The translations under genes were made by a program, and so were the position numbers. Positions 62,622 to 64,000 of a stretch of 64,000 nt of DNA are shown here, one piece after another. The stretch is from Thermoanaerobaculia bacterium. Lineage in GTDB: Bacteria; Acidobacteriota; Thermoanaerobaculia; Multivoradales; JAIOJS01. The notes under the pieces were generated by a model. The model worked only from the letters and a program-made list of their open reading frames with translations. It was not told the origin of the DNA and searched no databases. The stretch's first letter is position 1, and each line of letters starts with the position of its first letter. The DNA is taken from positions 1,054,281-1,118,280 of the forward strand of contig CAWDWV010000002.1 in assembly GCA_963806095.1 (NCBI GenBank), written 5' to 3'.

Positions 62622-64000
62622 GCGCGGCGATCGTAGCAGGGGTGCGAGGGCGCGGCCCTCGCACCCCTGCTACGCAGGCTGGCGAATAAAACCTAGAACG
62701 GTACCTTTTGCCCGTGTACCGGAGCTCGTGCCCGTGCACCGGCAGCTCGGGCAGCGGCCAGCCGAGCTCGGTCTGTAGGGCGCGGGCGAGGGCGGCGCGG
62801 GCGGGGTCTTCGCCGTGGTTGAGGAAGACGCGGCGCGGCGGGGCGGGGAGGGCGCGGCCCCAGCGCAGCAGCTCGTCGCGGTCGGCGTGGGCGGAGAGCA
62901 TGTCGAGGCGGCGCACTTGCGCCCGCACCGGCACTTCGCGGCCGTGGATGGAGAGCGCCTCGGCGCCGTCGAGCAGCGCGCGGCCGCGGGTGCCGGCGCC
63001 CTGGAAGCCGACGATGAGGACGGAGTTGCGCGCGTCGCCTAGGCGGTGCTCGAGGTGGTGGAGGATGCGGCCGCCGTTCATCATGCCGCTGCCGGCGATG
63101 ACGACGATCTGCTCGCGCCGGTTGAGCGCCTGCGACTGCTCGCGCGTGCGGCAGCGGGCGAAGCGCTCGATGGCGAAGGGGCTCTTGTCGGCGCCGACCA
63201 GCGCCGCGAGGTCCTCGTCATGCTCGCCGGGGAACTCCTTGTAGAGCTCGGTGGCGCTGACCGCCATCGGGCTGTCGAGGAAGACGCGCTCGGCGGGGAG
63301 GCGCCCGGCGTCGGCGAGCTGGGCGAGGTGGTAGAGCAGGTCTTGCGTGCGGCCGAGCGCGAAGGCGGGGATGAGCACGGCGCCGCCGCGGGCGAAGGTC
63401 TCGTCGATGGCGGCGCCCAGCGCCTCGCGCGCGTCCGCCGTGGAGTGGCGGCGGTCGCCGTAGGTCGACTCGAGGAGCAGCGTGTCGGGCGGCGCCGCCG
63501 GCGGCTCGGGGTCGCGCAGGACGGGCACGTCGTAGCGGCCGACGTCGCCGGAGAAGCACCAGGTGCGGCGCTCGCCGTCGCCGCCCTTGGCGGTGAGCTC
63601 GACGGTGGCGGCGCCGAGCAGGTGGCCGGCGCGGCGCAGCCGCACCGAGACGCCGGGCAGCACCTCGAAGGGTTCGTCGAAGGCGACGCGGTGGATCTGC
63701 GACAGCGCCTGCTTGGCGTCCTCGTCGCGGTAGAGCGGAGTCGGCTCGACGTGGCGCGAGAAGCCCTTGCGGCGCGCGAAGCCGGCCTCTTCCTCCTGCA
63801 GCTTGGCGGCGTCGCGCAGCACCAGCGAGGTGAGGCCGCGGCTGGGGCGGCTGCAGTAGATCGGGCCGCGGTAGCCGCGCGCGGCGAGCAGCGGCAGCCG
63901 GCCGCTGTGGTCGAGGTGGGCATGGGTGATCACCACCGCGTCGAGGTCGTGCGGCGCGAACGGGAAGGGCTCGCGGTTGCGCTGCTCGAGCTCGACGCCG
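62578..64000 (-). CDS. MBL-fold hydrolase with beta-CASP domain (RNA-processing exonuclease-like). N-terminus lies beyond the window end.
   Basis: HxHxDH motif (VVITHAHLDHSG). Beta-CASP motifs (LLLESTYGDRRH, IPAFALGRTQDLLYHL, LSAHADRDELLRW). The translation continues upstream of 63936 (FPFAPHDLDAVV...) to position 64000 without a stop. Confidence 0.75.
   Translation of the reverse strand, partial: GVELEQRNREPFPFAPHDLDAVVITHAHLDHSGRLPLLAARGYRGPIYCSRPSRGLTSLVLRDAAKLQEEEAGFARRKGFSRHVEPTPLYRDEDAKQALSQIHRVAFDEPFEVLPGVSVRLRRAGHLLGAATVELTAKGGDGERRTWCFSGDVGRYDVPVLRDPEPPAAPPDTLLLESTYGDRRHSTADAREALGAAIDETFARGGAVLIPAFALGRTQDLLYHLAQLADAGRLPAERVFLDSPMAVSATELYKEFPGEHDEDLAALVGADKSPFAIERFARCRTREQSQALNRREQIVVIAGSGMMNGGRILHHLEHRLGDARNSVLIVGFQGAGTRGRALLDGAEALSIHGREVPVRAQVRRLDMLSAHADRDELLRWGRALPAPPRRVFLNHGEDPARAALARALQTELGWPLPELPVHGHELRYTGKRYRSRFYSPACVAGVRGPRPRTPATIAALGPADRAAAAPGHP

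Overview
This is a high-GC (~70-72%) bacterial chromosomal segment of about 59 genes. Several traits point to Myxococcota/deltaproteobacterial-like ancestry: eukaryotic-like Ser/Thr kinases fused to TPR arrays, MJ0042-type zinc ribbons, ECF sigma factors, an ADYC-like motif and a TPR-CHAT protein. Housekeeping and metabolic genes are present (uxaA, leuS, rnhB, a hemY-like PPOX, hbd/fadJ beta-oxidation genes, a P5C dehydrogenase, cls, an SDR and an S8 protease). They are interleaved with a dense signalling layer: a flotillin / intramembrane hybrid HK / RR / GGDEF*-EAL c-di-GMP module, a tandem PilZ protein, two ECF sigma loci and two Ser/Thr kinases. Also present are two type II TA pairs, a Uma2 nuclease, a low-GC orphan gene and a compact inverted-repeat element. 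I found no CRISPR array, tRNA, rRNA, integrase or transposase. A striking technical feature is the large number of frameshifts in otherwise conserved genes, including the essential leuS. I read this as indel error in the assembly rather than biology, so some 'pseudogenes' below are probably intact in vivo. Coordinates derived by hand may be off by a few nt.
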